NCBI GenBank assembly: GCA_041548485.1
Contig: JBFESP010000006.1
Coordinates: 19,895-83,894 of the forward strand
DNA length: 64,000 nucleotides
Reading direction: 5' to 3'
Source: Thermoplasmata archaeon
GTDB taxonomy: Archaea > Thermoplasmatota > Thermoplasmata > UBA10834
The notes under the pieces were generated by a model. It worked only from the letters and a program-made list of their open reading frames with translations. It searched no databases and was not told the DNA's origin. Position numbers and translations under genes: made by a program. Of the stretch, positions 19,246-28,647 are shown in pieces. The first letter of the stretch is position 1. The number at the start of each line of letters is the position of its first letter.

Positions 19246-20550
19246 ATGCCGACCTTGGCTGTCGTAGGCGCTCAATGGGGCGACGAAGGAAAGGGCAAGA
19301 TCGTCGATTATCTTGCTCAGGAGGCACACGTGGTGGTACGCTTCCAGGGGGGTAACAATGCGGGCCACAGCGTCAAGATCGGCGAGGAGCTCTTCAAGCT
19401 GCACCACCTCCCCTCCGGCATACTCCGTTCCAGCAAGATGGCTGTCATCGGGAACGGGGTTGTGATCGATCCGGGGGTGCTTCTGGGAGAGGTCGATGGC
19501 CTCCTGAAGAGGGGGAAGAGCGTGAAGAACCTCAGGATCAGCGAGCGCGCGCATGTGATCATGCCTTACCACAAACTCATCGACGCTGCTGAGGAGGGCA
19601 TGAGGGAGGGCGCGAGGGTGGGCACGACCGGCAGGGGGATAGGTCCCGCGTACGCGGACAAGGCCGCGAGGCTGGGCATCCGGATGGGAGAGCTGGTCGA
19701 CAAGGACCTTCTGGAGGAGAGGCTCTCGTTCCTTGTTCCATTGAAGAATAAAATTCTACAAGCCTTAGGGAGTGATTCACGCATTGACGCGAAAAAGGTA
19801 GTGAACGAATACTCCGAATACGGCCGTCGGCTCAGAGTCCATGTCACCGATACCAGAAGTCTCCTGTCGGATGCGATCGCCAAGAAGAAGAGGGTGCTGC
19901 TCGAAGGAGCCCAGGGGACGATGCTGGACATCGACCACGGAACCTACCCGTTCGTGACGTCCTCCAACACGGTCAGCGGGAACGTCGCGGCTGGGTCAGG
20001 CATACCTGCGACAGCCATCGACGAGGTATTCGGCGTGACCAAGGCGTACACCACCCGCGTGGGGGAAGGACCTTTCCCCACGGAGCTGTTCGGAGAGCTG
20101 AGCACGTGCATAGCTGAGAAGGGGAGGGAGTTCGGAACCACCACGGGCAGGAACAGGAGGTGCGGCTGGCTCGACCTCGTCGTCCTCAGACACGCGCACG
20201 CGCTCAACGGGTTCAGCGGGCTCGCGTTGACCAAGGTAGACGTCCTGGGCGGCCTTGACGAGATCAGGGTTTGCACGCATTACTCTCTCGATGGAAGGAA
20301 GACGACGCGCTTCCCTGCAGACCTGAGACGGTTGAAGAGATGCGAGCCGAAGTACAGGGTGCTCGAAGGCTGGAGCGACATCGAACCGAAGCGCATGAAC
20401 AAGGTCCTCAAGGAAGGATTCAGCACCCTGCCGAGCAACATGAGGAAGTACATCAGGTTCGTGGAGAGCGAGATAGGTGTCCGCGTAGTACTCCTCGGGC
20501 TCGGGCGCAGGAGGAGCGAGACGCTCGACCTGAGAAGACGTAGATGGTGA
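19246..20550 (+). CDS. purA: Adenylosuccinate synthetase
   Basis: GAQWGDEGKGK, GGNNAGH, GTTGRGIGP, EGAQG, TRVGEGPFPTE, GTTTGR.RRCGW. Confidence 0.98.
   Translation: MPTLAVVGAQWGDEGKGKIVDYLAQEAHVVVRFQGGNNAGHSVKIGEELFKLHHLPSGILRSSKMAVIGNGVVIDPGVLLGEVDGLLKRGKSVKNLRISERAHVIMPYHKLIDAAEEGMREGARVGTTGRGIGPAYADKAARLGIRMGELVDKDLLEERLSFLVPLKNKILQALGSDSRIDAKKVVNEYSEYGRRLRVHVTDTRSLLSDAIAKKKRVLLEGAQGTMLDIDHGTYPFVTSSNTVSGNVAAGSGIPATAIDEVFGVTKAYTTRVGEGPFPTELFGELSTCIAEKGREFGTTTGRNRRCGWLDLVVLRHAHALNGFSGLALTKVDVLGGLDEIRVCTHYSLDGRKTTRFPADLRRLKRCEPKYRVLEGWSDIEPKRMNKVLKEGFSTLPSNMRKYIRFVESEIGVRVVLLGLGRRRSETLDLRRRRW
19782..19809 (+). repeat. Copy 1 of a ~27-nt motif embedded in coding sequence (purA)
   Basis: CATTGACGCgAAAAAGGTAgtGAACGAA; near-identical to 58720-58746. 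Confidence 0.6.
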
Positions 20551-20647
20551 CCTGGCTTCCGTCTCATCCGATGCGTACAGCGGGCCGGCTGTCGAGGGGT
20601 TCGCGCCCCCACCATGATTAAATAAGCCCCCAATCATCCTGCCAGAG

Positions 20648-22972
20648 ATGCGTCGGCTTATCATCTGCGAGAAGAACCATGCCGCGCAAAGGATCGCCCT
20701 GATCCTCTCGGACGGCTCTTACAAGAGACTCTCGGTAGCAGGCAGCCCAGTGCTCCATTTCGAGAGGGGCTCGGACGTCTACCACGTAATCGGCCTGAGA
20801 GGGCACATCGTCGAGCTTGACTACCCGGACGAGTTCAACGATTGGGAGGGGACGCCGCCAAAGAAGCTTGTCACTGCGGAGCCGGAGAAGACCGTTCATC
20901 CGGCCGCCATCAAGATAATGCGGGCACTCGAGGACCTCTCCCGAGGCTCTGACGAGATAATCATAGCCACAGACTATGACCGGGAGGGAGAGCTCATCGG
21001 CGTCGAATCTCTGGAGCGCCTCCAGGTCAAGGCAACCATCAGAAGGGCGAGATTCAGCGCCCTCACGAAGGGGGAGGTCGAGCGTGCGTTCGGGAACCTC
21101 GTGGACGTGGACTACAAGCTGGCCACCGCGGCAGAGACGAGGCAGTACATAGACCTCGCGTGGGGAGCTTCTCTGACCCGGTTCATGTCCTTGGCCTCTG
21201 GCCAGCGAGGAAGCGACTTCCTCTCGGTCGGTCGTGTGCAGACGCCGACCCTCGCGCTGATCGTCTCGCGGGAGAAGGGGATTCGTGAGTTCGTCCCGAC
21301 GCACTACTGGACGGTCACGGCGGACCTGAAGAAGGGCACCGGATTCAGTGCATCACACAAGCACGGGAGATTTGATGATAAGAACGAGGCAAAGGATGTC
21401 GTCGCTCGGGCCAGACGGGCCAAGGAAGCCCATGTCAAGAGCGTCGAGCAGGAGGACAAGTCGGAGTACCCTCCGCCCCCGTTCAGCACCACTGTCTTCC
21501 TGGCGGAGGCGTCCAAGAGGGGGTTGACAGCTGCCCAGGCGATGAAGGTCGCCGAGGACCTCTACACAGAAGGTTACATATCATATCCGAGAACGGACAA
21601 CACCGTCTACCCTCCGTCCCTGAATCTCAAGACCATACTCGATAAGCTCAGGAGGTCGGAGTTCTCTGAGGAGGTAGAGGAGATACTGTCCCAGAAGACG
21701 ATAAGGCCGTCGCGCGGGAAGGTGAGCACCACGGACCATCCACCCATACACCCAGTCGACGCGGCCACGAAGTCTCAGCTCAAGGGTGGCAGGTGGACCG
21801 TGTACGAGCTCGTCACCAGGCGCTTCCTGGCGACCGTCGCGCAGCACTGCATGTCGAAAGTGACCAAGGTCGAGCTGGGCATAGGCGACGAACCGTTCGG
21901 GGTGGCTGGCTATGAGATAACCTCGCCTGGCTGGCGCAAGTACTACCCATATTACAGGGTCCAGGAGGTCATCCTGCCTGAGCTCAAAGCGGGAGAGGAC
22001 GTCGAAGTCGTCAGGGTGCACTCCTCCGACAAGAAGACCCAGCCTCCACCGAGATTCTCCCAGGGCACGCTCATCCAGGAGATGGAAAAACATGGACTGG
22101 GCACTAAGAGCACCAGGCACGAGACCGTTCAGAAGCTCTTCGACAGGAAGTTCGCGAAGGGGACGAGGATTGAGCCGACCGAGAGCGGCATAGCCGTCAT
22201 CACAGCCCTTGAGGACCATGCGAGGCTGCACGACGAGTACAAGATCACCGATGCGAAGATGACGGCTCACCTCGAGATGGAGATGGACCTGATAGCCAAG
22301 GGAGAGCGCGAGCAGCCCGACGTCCTCGAGGAGAGTCAGGCGATGCTGGAGGACATCATCGACGTCCTCGAGAAGAACAAGAGGGAGATAGGCGACGACA
22401 TCAGGAAAGCGCTTATGAAGCAGAGGTCCCTGGGCAAGTGCCCGGAGTGCGATTCAGGAGAGATAGTGGAGATAAGGAAGCGCGACGGCGACTCCTTCGC
22501 GGGGTGCTCCCAATATCCCGAATGCAGCAGGACATATCCTCTCCCGAAGGGCATGCTGGTCCAATCGGCGGACGAGTCCTGCGATGTGTGTGGGGCACCG
22601 AAGATAAGGACCGTGTCGAAAGGTCAGGCGCCGGTCGTGGTGTGCATAGACCCTAAGTGCAAGGGTGCGCAGAAGCTGAGGTACATAGGGAAATGTCCAA
22701 AGTGCGGCGGCGACATGACGACGATCCAGTCGAGAAAGGGCAAGCGGTTCACAGGGTGCACCCGCTACCCAGATTGCAGGACGATGTTCCCCCTGCCTCA
22801 GAAGGGCAGGATCGTCCCGACCGGAGAGGCGTGCAGCGAGTGTGGAGCCCCGGTGATCAAGGTCTGGCAGAAGGACAACAGAGTACCGTGGGTGCTGTGC
22901 GTCAACATGGACTGTTCAAAGAAGAAGAAGAAGAACGAGAAGAAGACCTCCTCTGCGAAGCGGGGAGGCTAG
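20648..22972 (+). CDS. topA: DNA topoisomerase I (type IA) with C-terminal zinc ribbons
   Basis: IICEK TOPRIM, ATDYDREGE, SVGRVQTP, GYISYPRTD (catalytic Tyr), several CxxC ribbons. Confidence 0.97.
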   Translation: MRRLIICEKNHAAQRIALILSDGSYKRLSVAGSPVLHFERGSDVYHVIGLRGHIVELDYPDEFNDWEGTPPKKLVTAEPEKTVHPAAIKIMRALEDLSRGSDEIIIATDYDREGELIGVESLERLQVKATIRRARFSALTKGEVERAFGNLVDVDYKLATAAETRQYIDLAWGASLTRFMSLASGQRGSDFLSVGRVQTPTLALIVSREKGIREFVPTHYWTVTADLKKGTGFSASHKHGRFDDKNEAKDVVARARRAKEAHVKSVEQEDKSEYPPPPFSTTVFLAEASKRGLTAAQAMKVAEDLYTEGYISYPRTDNTVYPPSLNLKTILDKLRRSEFSEEVEEILSQKTIRPSRGKVSTTDHPPIHPVDAATKSQLKGGRWTVYELVTRRFLATVAQHCMSKVTKVELGIGDEPFGVAGYEITSPGWRKYYPYYRVQEVILPELKAGEDVEVVRVHSSDKKTQPPPRFSQGTLIQEMEKHGLGTKSTRHETVQKLFDRKFAKGTRIEPTESGIAVITALEDHARLHDEYKITDAKMTAHLEMEMDLIAKGEREQPDVLEESQAMLEDIIDVLEKNKREIGDDIRKALMKQRSLGKCPECDSGEIVEIRKRDGDSFAGCSQYPECSRTYPLPKGMLVQSADESCDVCGAPKIRTVSKGQAPVVVCIDPKCKGAQKLRYIGKCPKCGGDMTTIQSRKGKRFTGCTRYPDCRTMFPLPQKGRIVPTGEACSECGAPVIKVWQKDNRVPWVLCVNMDCSKKKKKNEKKTSSAKRGG

Positions 22973-23012
22973 GGCGGTCCGTTGTTCGCCAACATATGAA
23001 CCTCCCTTCTGT

Positions 23013-23426
23013 CTACTCGAGGGGCGGAGGAGGCTCATCCTCATCGGGCTCCACAGCCGAGACTTCTGGGACCATTTCTTCAAAGGCAGGGGCCATAACC
23101 GGAGCCTTGACTCTCTGGGATGGCAGCCGCTTCTCGATGGAATTCAGTTTGGCGATCACATCGCTGAGCGTGTATGCCTCGACCTTGATGCTCAATATGA
23201 CTATCATGACCGCGTCGACGAACAGCCATGCCATCAGAATCCAGATGAGCACCCTGAGAAGATCCCACGTCCATTCAAAGGAGATATTGAACTCCTCGGC
23301 TGCGCTCCTCTCAAGGTCGTCGACGAAACCATCGTGATACAGCAGCAGGATGAATCCCAGCAGGATGAGGAAGACGGCCTTCACCCATCTGCTCGACATC
23401 TGCGGCGTTACTTTTATCTGCACCAC
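23013..23426 (-). CDS. Hypothetical two-TM membrane protein with acidic/Pro-rich tail
   Basis: Fills gap between topA and the regulator; two hydrophobic helices; TATATA upstream. Confidence 0.65.
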   Translation of the reverse strand: MVQIKVTPQMSSRWVKAVFLILLGFILLLYHDGFVDDLERSAAEEFNISFEWTWDLLRVLIWILMAWLFVDAVMIVILSIKVEAYTLSDVIAKLNSIEKRLPSQRVKAPVMAPAFEEMVPEVSAVEPDEDEPPPPLE

Positions 23427-23486
23427 CGTATGGCTCGTATTGGCTGGGCGCGTATATACACGTTCCTTCTCCGACCGAGCGGAATG

Positions 23487-24539
23487 TCAGTGGCCGATGC
23501 CCGTAATGTGCCTGAGTGCCGGCCCGAATTCGAAGGTCTTGAGCTCTATGCATTGTTCCAAGGGGAACAGGGTTATCTCGGGGTCGCCGTCGAACGCCCC
23601 ACCCTTGTGATACCAGGCCAACAGCGGGTCGACGCTGGCGACGTACTCCTGGAAGGATGGTATCATGTAATTGCCCACCCCCTCGTCAGCCTTGGAGAGA
23701 GTATAGAAGGACAACTCGGCGGTCTCCTTCGGCTGTTGCTGCAGTCTGCTCCATCCGAAGTCGAGCCTGAATTTGGCGAGCATCACAGCGTAGATCTCGA
23801 ACCCCCACTTGTACAACCTGGGCACACAGACGGAAGTGTAGTACCCGTTCTCCCCCAGCTTGTGCCGGATCCTCGTCACGGCCTGACGCGAGAGCTTGGC
23901 CAAGGGCGCTATCCTTCTGTCGGATACCATCGGGTTCTCCACCAGCGCAAGCAGAACCCGTTGTTCGTTCTCGCTCAGATCCATCTCCTCGACCTCTTCC
24001 GAAGTCGTGGGACGGTGCTTTGGCATCGGCACGTCTAGATTGAAGAACCTGTGTACCAAAGGTGCGAAATTCGTTGCGTAGGTGCCGCGGGAGATCGCAT
24101 AGGGGAAAGAGGTCGTATCGAGCTTCGCCTTGGATGCGCGCTTAGAGCCCGAGAAGAAGCGGTTGTGGCCCTGAATGAACTTCTCCATATCGGTGGCGTT
24201 CTTGAACACGCTGTAGAGCGCTATCGAGTTGCCTCCGATGATCGCATCATATATCTGAGGCGCTTTCGAGCAGAACTCGATGTAGTTCGAGACCTTCGCA
24301 TCACTCGACACCGCAGGGTCCGTCGACCCGATGTGGAAACCCATCAACTCACAACCGAGCTTGTTGAACGATGGTATGTTGACGTAATAGACGGCTCCCG
24401 CATCCACGAGTCTGCGTCTGACCGCGGCCACCGTGCCAACGTTCATGTCGTAGAGTTCGGCTATCTCCCTGTCGCGGCGTGTCGCGTCCTCAACCAGGGA
24501 GAGAATGACCTTCATCTCGGAGCGAAGGAACCTCCACAT
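23487..24539 (-). CDS. Transcriptional regulator with two tandem wHTH + AsnC/Lrp-like halves
   Basis: Two repeats of DR.IA....S..(T/A)V...R..L...G followed by P...KxGxE (DREIAELYDMNVGTVAAVRRRL; DRRIAPLAKLSRQAVTRIRHKL); ATG ~27 nt below TTTTTATT. Confidence 0.8.
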   Translation of the reverse strand: MWRFLRSEMKVILSLVEDATRRDREIAELYDMNVGTVAAVRRRLVDAGAVYYVNIPSFNKLGCELMGFHIGSTDPAVSSDAKVSNYIEFCSKAPQIYDAIIGGNSIALYSVFKNATDMEKFIQGHNRFFSGSKRASKAKLDTTSFPYAISRGTYATNFAPLVHRFFNLDVPMPKHRPTTSEEVEEMDLSENEQRVLLALVENPMVSDRRIAPLAKLSRQAVTRIRHKLGENGYYTSVCVPRLYKWGFEIYAVMLAKFRLDFGWSRLQQQPKETAELSFYTLSKADEGVGNYMIPSFQEYVASVDPLLAWYHKGGAFDGDPEITLFPLEQCIELKTFEFGPALRHITGIGH

Positions 24540-24633
24540 AGGGGATGTAATGGGCAAATTTCAAATAAAAAGGTTCTAGTTGTTACTTTGCAATGCGTGG
24601 CAGAAGAACTCTAGCCAAAAGTGTGTTCATTTG

Positions 24634-24692
24634 TGCCATATCAGCAGAAGGATTAAAGGGGACGGAGGCGAATCAGCGTTGCCGATTTGGCA
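24634..24692. promoter_or_regulatory. Pair of TGC-N7-GCA boxes flanking a plus-strand TATA-like element
   Basis: TGCCATATCAGCA (24634-24646) and TGCCGATTTGGCA (24680-24692) form an imperfect inverted pair around ATTAAAG (24652-24658). Confidence 0.45.
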
Positions 24693-24777
24693 CACACTCT
24701 TTTGTCGAAAGGAGGAGAGGTGTAACCAAGGGGTGATGCCCAACTGCGGTGGAGTCCCCTCCACCCATTCTTTTTCT
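24681..24777 (+). ncRNA. Candidate structured small RNA
   Basis: 17-bp interrupted hairpin 24687-24729 with C(GAAA)G loop and G-U pairs; terminal hairpin GGTGGAG/CTCCACC plus T-tract; TATA-like element ~25 nt upstream. Confidence 0.5.
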
Positions 24778-24895
24778 ATTCCCTTGACTGAGACGGCGGG
24801 GTCCGTCCCGGCGGCGAGCCGTTGGAGGGCGGTGTTCTTGGATCCGGATCCTCGCGAAGAAGGATGGCACAGACGAGCGACCCATGGGCGACTGA

Positions 24896-25045
24896 TCAGG
24901 CTTTCTTGGCTTCTCTCCTCTTGAGCCGGAGACCCTTGTAGCCACACTTCCTACATCTGGTGGACTTGACCGCGTTTCGAGCATAGCAGCTCATGCATAT
25001 CTTCTTGACAAGATTCCTGGCTTCAGCTTCTGGAAACCTGGCCAT
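24896..25045 (-). CDS. rpl40e: 50S ribosomal protein L40e (absent from ORF track)
   Basis: Manual translation [49 protein letters not shown]; CxxC/CRKCG zinc motif. Confidence 0.95.
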   Translation of the reverse strand: MARFPEAEARNLVKKICMSCYARNAVKSTRCRKCGYKGLRLKRREAKKA

Positions 25046-25124
25046 TCGAGTCCCTCTGGCGCCTCAAACATGCAGACGGTATATAACCCTTGTGCACTGC
25101 GGAGGCTCAGGGGTGACTCCGGCT

Positions 25125-26087
25125 TCAGCGCTTCGAGGTTCGACCCTCGTTCGCGAAATGAGCGAGCAACGCCTCGAGCTGGATCCGCTCGCTCGAACCG
25201 GAGACGATACGGAACTCGGCCTCTCCCACGCGGTCGATGAGGCGGATCTTCGAATCCTCAGAGACAGGCAGGTCGAGCACCGCTCTGTGTATGCCCTGGA
25301 CGATGTCCTCGCCTGAGAGGCCGTGGCGGACTATCAGCTCGTCCAGCTTCGAACGCGCAGCTGTGAAATTCCCCTTCAGGGCGATGGTCAGAAGGTCATC
25401 TATCTCAGATGGGCGGATGCTCTCTGTCGATTCGTACACGGCATCCTGGTCGATGGTCTTCGAAGTCGAGGCTGCGACCTGGAGGATGTTCGTCGCCTTC
25501 CTGAGGTCGCCAGCCGCAAGGGCCGTTATCGCATCGAGGCCGTCCCGCTTCACCTCGAACCCTTCCGCGGAGGCGATTCTGGTCAGATATGCCTTCACGT
25601 CCGCTTCGGTCAACGGCTTGAACCTGAACACCGCGCATCTCGACTGTATCGGCTCGATTATCTTCGAGGAGTAGTTGCAGGACAGGATGAAGCGACAGGT
25701 CTGAGTGTACCTCTCCATTGTCCGCCTGAGAGCGGCCTGGGCGTCGTTCGTCAGAGAATCCGCCTCGTCGAGGAATATTATCTTGAAATCCTCCTGACCA
25801 ATCGTGGCAGCCCTGGCGAAATCCTTGATCTTGCCGCGGACGATGTCTATGCCCCTCTCATCGGAGGCGTTGAGCTCGATCAGGTTTCCGTGCCATTCGT
25901 CACCGTACAGCTCCCTTGCGAGGGCAATGGCACATGTGGTCTTGCCGCAACCTGCGGGGCCTGCGAACAGCATGTGGGGCATGCTCTTCGTCCTGACGTA
26001 TGATTCCAGGCGCTCCACTATCGCCTTCTGCCCTATCACGTCTATGAGCTTCCTCGGCCTGTACTTCTCCACCCAGACGGTGTGCAT
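25125..26087 (-). CDS. rfcS: Replication factor C small subunit
   Basis: WVEKYRP, GPAGCGKTT, ELNASDERG, FLDEAD, AQAALRRTME, IQSRC. Confidence 0.97.
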   Translation of the reverse strand: MHTVWVEKYRPRKLIDVIGQKAIVERLESYVRTKSMPHMLFAGPAGCGKTTCAIALARELYGDEWHGNLIELNASDERGIDIVRGKIKDFARAATIGQEDFKIIFLDEADSLTNDAQAALRRTMERYTQTCRFILSCNYSSKIIEPIQSRCAVFRFKPLTEADVKAYLTRIASAEGFEVKRDGLDAITALAAGDLRKATNILQVAASTSKTIDQDAVYESTESIRPSEIDDLLTIALKGNFTAARSKLDELIVRHGLSGEDIVQGIHRAVLDLPVSEDSKIRLIDRVGEAEFRIVSGSSERIQLEALLAHFANEGRTSKR

Positions 26088-26182
26088 TCGATATCGTCGT
26101 CTCGAATGCGGTAGGTTTACTAATAACTATTCAAGGCGGGCTCGAAGAAGGAATAAATACGCCTTGGGGAAATCGGGCCAGT

Positions 26183-27157
26183 GTGAGAACCTGCGACAAG
26201 TGCTCCAAGAACTCGGTCATTCTGGTGAGGTATAGCGGGGCGCATCTATGCAGGCGACACTTCACGGAGTTCTTCGAGAGAAGAATCAAGCACGAGCTGC
26301 GCAGGCAGGTCGATCTGCAGATGGACGAAAGGCTCGCGATGGCCGTGTCCGGTGGGAAGGACAGCACGGTCATGATGTTCCTTCTCGCCAAGATACTGCG
26401 TTCCCGAAGAGACACCGAGCTCTGCGCCGTGACCGTTGACGAAGGGATAGAAGGGTACCGGGACAGCGCGATCCCGACCGTAGCCGAGAACTGTAAGACT
26501 CTCGACATCGAGCACATCGTCGTCTCGTTCAGCGGGCTTCACGGTTTCACGATGGACGACATCGCCGAGGCGGAGAGGAACATGTCCGCCTGCAGCTACT
26601 GCGGGGTGATGAGACGCGCCGCCCTGAACCGCGCGGCCAGGGACTGGGGGGCTACCAGACTTGCCACGGGGCTGAACCTCGATGACACCGCACAATCCAT
26701 CCTGATGAACTTCTCGAGAGGCGATGTGGGACGCTTGGCGAGACTGGGTCCGCACAGACGATTTCAACCCGACCTCGTCCCGAGGATCCAACCCCTGAGG
26801 ACGATCCCCGAGAACGAAGTCGCCCTGTACGCGCTGATCCACGAGATACCCTACCACAACCTCGAGTGTCCCTACGCTTCCGAGGCTCTCAGGAACGACT
26901 ACAGAGCAGTCGTCTCGCAGCTGGAGGACAGATACCCTGGTACGAGGCATTCGATCCTCAAGAGCCACGAGAGGATCATTGAAGCCTTGGAGAAGACAAC
27001 CCCGCCCGCGAAGCTGCGCCGGTGCGAGTGTGGTGAGCCGACCGTCGGCGACCGGTGCAAGGTGTGCGAGCTGGTTGCGTCCATCAGCGAGAAGAGGACT
27101 ACTCCTGGGAGTCGGAGTGGAACCATTCGCCGCAATTCCGGCACACGTAGTCCCTGA
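26183..27157 (+). CDS. tRNA 2-thiolation protein, TtuA/NcsA family
   Basis: N-terminal CxxC..CxxH zinc finger, SGGKDS PP-loop, CSYCGVMRR, ECPY, C-terminal C.CGEP...C..C. Confidence 0.9.
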   Translation: MRTCDKCSKNSVILVRYSGAHLCRRHFTEFFERRIKHELRRQVDLQMDERLAMAVSGGKDSTVMMFLLAKILRSRRDTELCAVTVDEGIEGYRDSAIPTVAENCKTLDIEHIVVSFSGLHGFTMDDIAEAERNMSACSYCGVMRRAALNRAARDWGATRLATGLNLDDTAQSILMNFSRGDVGRLARLGPHRRFQPDLVPRIQPLRTIPENEVALYALIHEIPYHNLECPYASEALRNDYRAVVSQLEDRYPGTRHSILKSHERIIEALEKTTPPAKLRRCECGEPTVGDRCKVCELVASISEKRTTPGSRSGTIRRNSGTRSP

Positions 27158-27803
27158 CGGGCGCCTCGGCACCGCAGACCTCGCATACCTTCATCCCCTT
27201 CGCGAGCGGTCTCGCAGGCATCGAAAGAGCATGGTCGACATCATCGTCCGCTGTCACCTCGAACTCAGCAGACCTCATGGCGGCGAAGGGGGCGGACCTC
27301 GGCCGCGGCGTGGGAAGAGGCCTGGACGCCCGGGCCTTCTTCTCCATGAGCTCGAGCCTCTTCTTCCTGACACGCTCCCTCTCGTGATCCTTGAAGTCGC
27401 AGAACGTCGAGACGACTAGAAGCCCCTTGAGCGACAGCCCGACGATCACGATGTAGATAATCATGGTCATGTCGAATCGTACGAAGTACGGACCGTAGGT
27501 CAATTCGGCGACACCGCCACCGAAGACGACGAAGAACCACATGCATACGAACGCGATGGCGAACAGTCCGAACACCATCCTGGTGTATGTCCCCGGCCGG
27601 TGGGCAGCCTCGAGCGTGCTTGAGGCGACGATCATGCCCCCGAAGAACAGCACGAACATCTCGATCTGAGGCATGAACGCAGTAGCCAGCTGCGGGTAGT
27701 TCTCGGTGATGAGATTCACCAGCACCAGAGGAACGACGATGAAACGGAGGATCTCCGTGAACGCGGTCCAGACGGTGTCCGGAATCCTCCCCTTCTGCGC
27801 TAC
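27099..27803 (-). CDS. Membrane protein (about 4 TM) with C-terminal zinc ribbon; start probably non-canonical
   Basis: TM helices then CEVCG..CRNCG; frame open from TGA at 27836; first canonical start (GTG 27725) falls inside a TM helix; GTA 27803 follows SD GGGGGTG by 5 nt. Confidence 0.7.
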   Translation of the reverse strand, partial: VAQKGRIPDTVWTAFTEILRFIVVPLVLVNLITENYPQLATAFMPQIEMFVLFFGGMIVASSTLEAAHRPGTYTRMVFGLFAIAFVCMWFFVVFGGGVAELTYGPYFVRFDMTMIIYIVIVGLSLKGLLVVSTFCDFKDHERERVRKKRLELMEKKARASRPLPTPRPRSAPFAAMRSAEFEVTADDDVDHALSMPARPLAKGMKVCEVCGAEAPVRDYVCRNCGEWFHSDSQE

Positions 27804-28585
27804 GGGACCACCCCCGCAGGGATGGAGTACGACTCATCCACCTGGAATCCCGCGATGTTGATTTCCAGTATGACCGCGTCAGGGCTCGAGCCGGCCGGTA
27901 CGTCGAACTCAAGCGTTCCTGTGTGGAACCTCCCCAGTCTCACCGTTTCGGATGTCTCGGAGACCACACTGGACCCATCGAGGAGCGACGCCGTGAGGAT
28001 TGCCTCACTGGAGAGGATGTCGGATGTCACCACCCTGTAGTCTACCAGAAGCTGCATCGAGACTGGATCGAACCTGACGTCCTCGACCCCGACGTCCTGG
28101 ATGAGCGCGTCCCATGGGATGCTCACCGAGTATCTTGCGTCGAACTTCACCAGCTTCATCGTGTAGAAGCATGACACTTCGACGACGAAGTTGAGTAGGT
28201 CGTCGTTGAAGACCATCCATGTGAGCCCTTCGTTATACATTTCAAGCAGGTCGAAAGAGAACTCAATCTCGCCGTTGGAGACCGTGCCCGCTTTCATGGT
28301 GCCCAGTTCGATCACGTCCTGGGCAATGAGCACGTTCGTGTAGTTCGTCACCTCGTAGCGCAGCTCGAGGTCGTCCACGTCGTAGAACCCGCCGTTGTCT
28401 ATCGAGAAGGGCGCCGTGACTGTGACGACTCCCGAATCGTAGTCCCAGAGAATCTCGTTCGGCGACGGCAGATCGACCTTGAAGTCACCCGCGGGGAAAG
28501 GGTATATGCTGGTGAATGCAAGGAGGAAGATGACAAAGTTGACTGAAGCTACGCCGACATTGAGGGCTTTCGTACGTGTGGCCAT
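27800..28585 (-). CDS. Hypothetical membrane-anchored beta-rich extracellular protein
   Basis: N-terminal TM/signal segment; acidic Ig-like composition. Confidence 0.75.
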   Translation of the reverse strand: MATRTKALNVGVASVNFVIFLLAFTSIYPFPAGDFKVDLPSPNEILWDYDSGVVTVTAPFSIDNGGFYDVDDLELRYEVTNYTNVLIAQDVIELGTMKAGTVSNGEIEFSFDLLEMYNEGLTWMVFNDDLLNFVVEVSCFYTMKLVKFDARYSVSIPWDALIQDVGVEDVRFDPVSMQLLVDYRVVTSDILSSEAILTASLLDGSSVVSETSETVRLGRFHTGTLEFDVPAGSSPDAVILEINIAGFQVDESYSIPAGVVP

Positions 28586-28647
28586 CAGTAATCCGCGCTA
28601 CTGGATTGCACTCCGGAATATAAGTAACATGAAGACGAGGCCGTTTG

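Noticed and set aside
22918..22946. AAG trinucleotide run
   Set aside because: Encodes the lysine-rich tail of TopA
24580..25316. ORF-track ORFs of 103-114 aa in the regulator-rfcS gap
   Set aside because: They overlap promoters, the structured element or rpl40e and show no recognisable motifs
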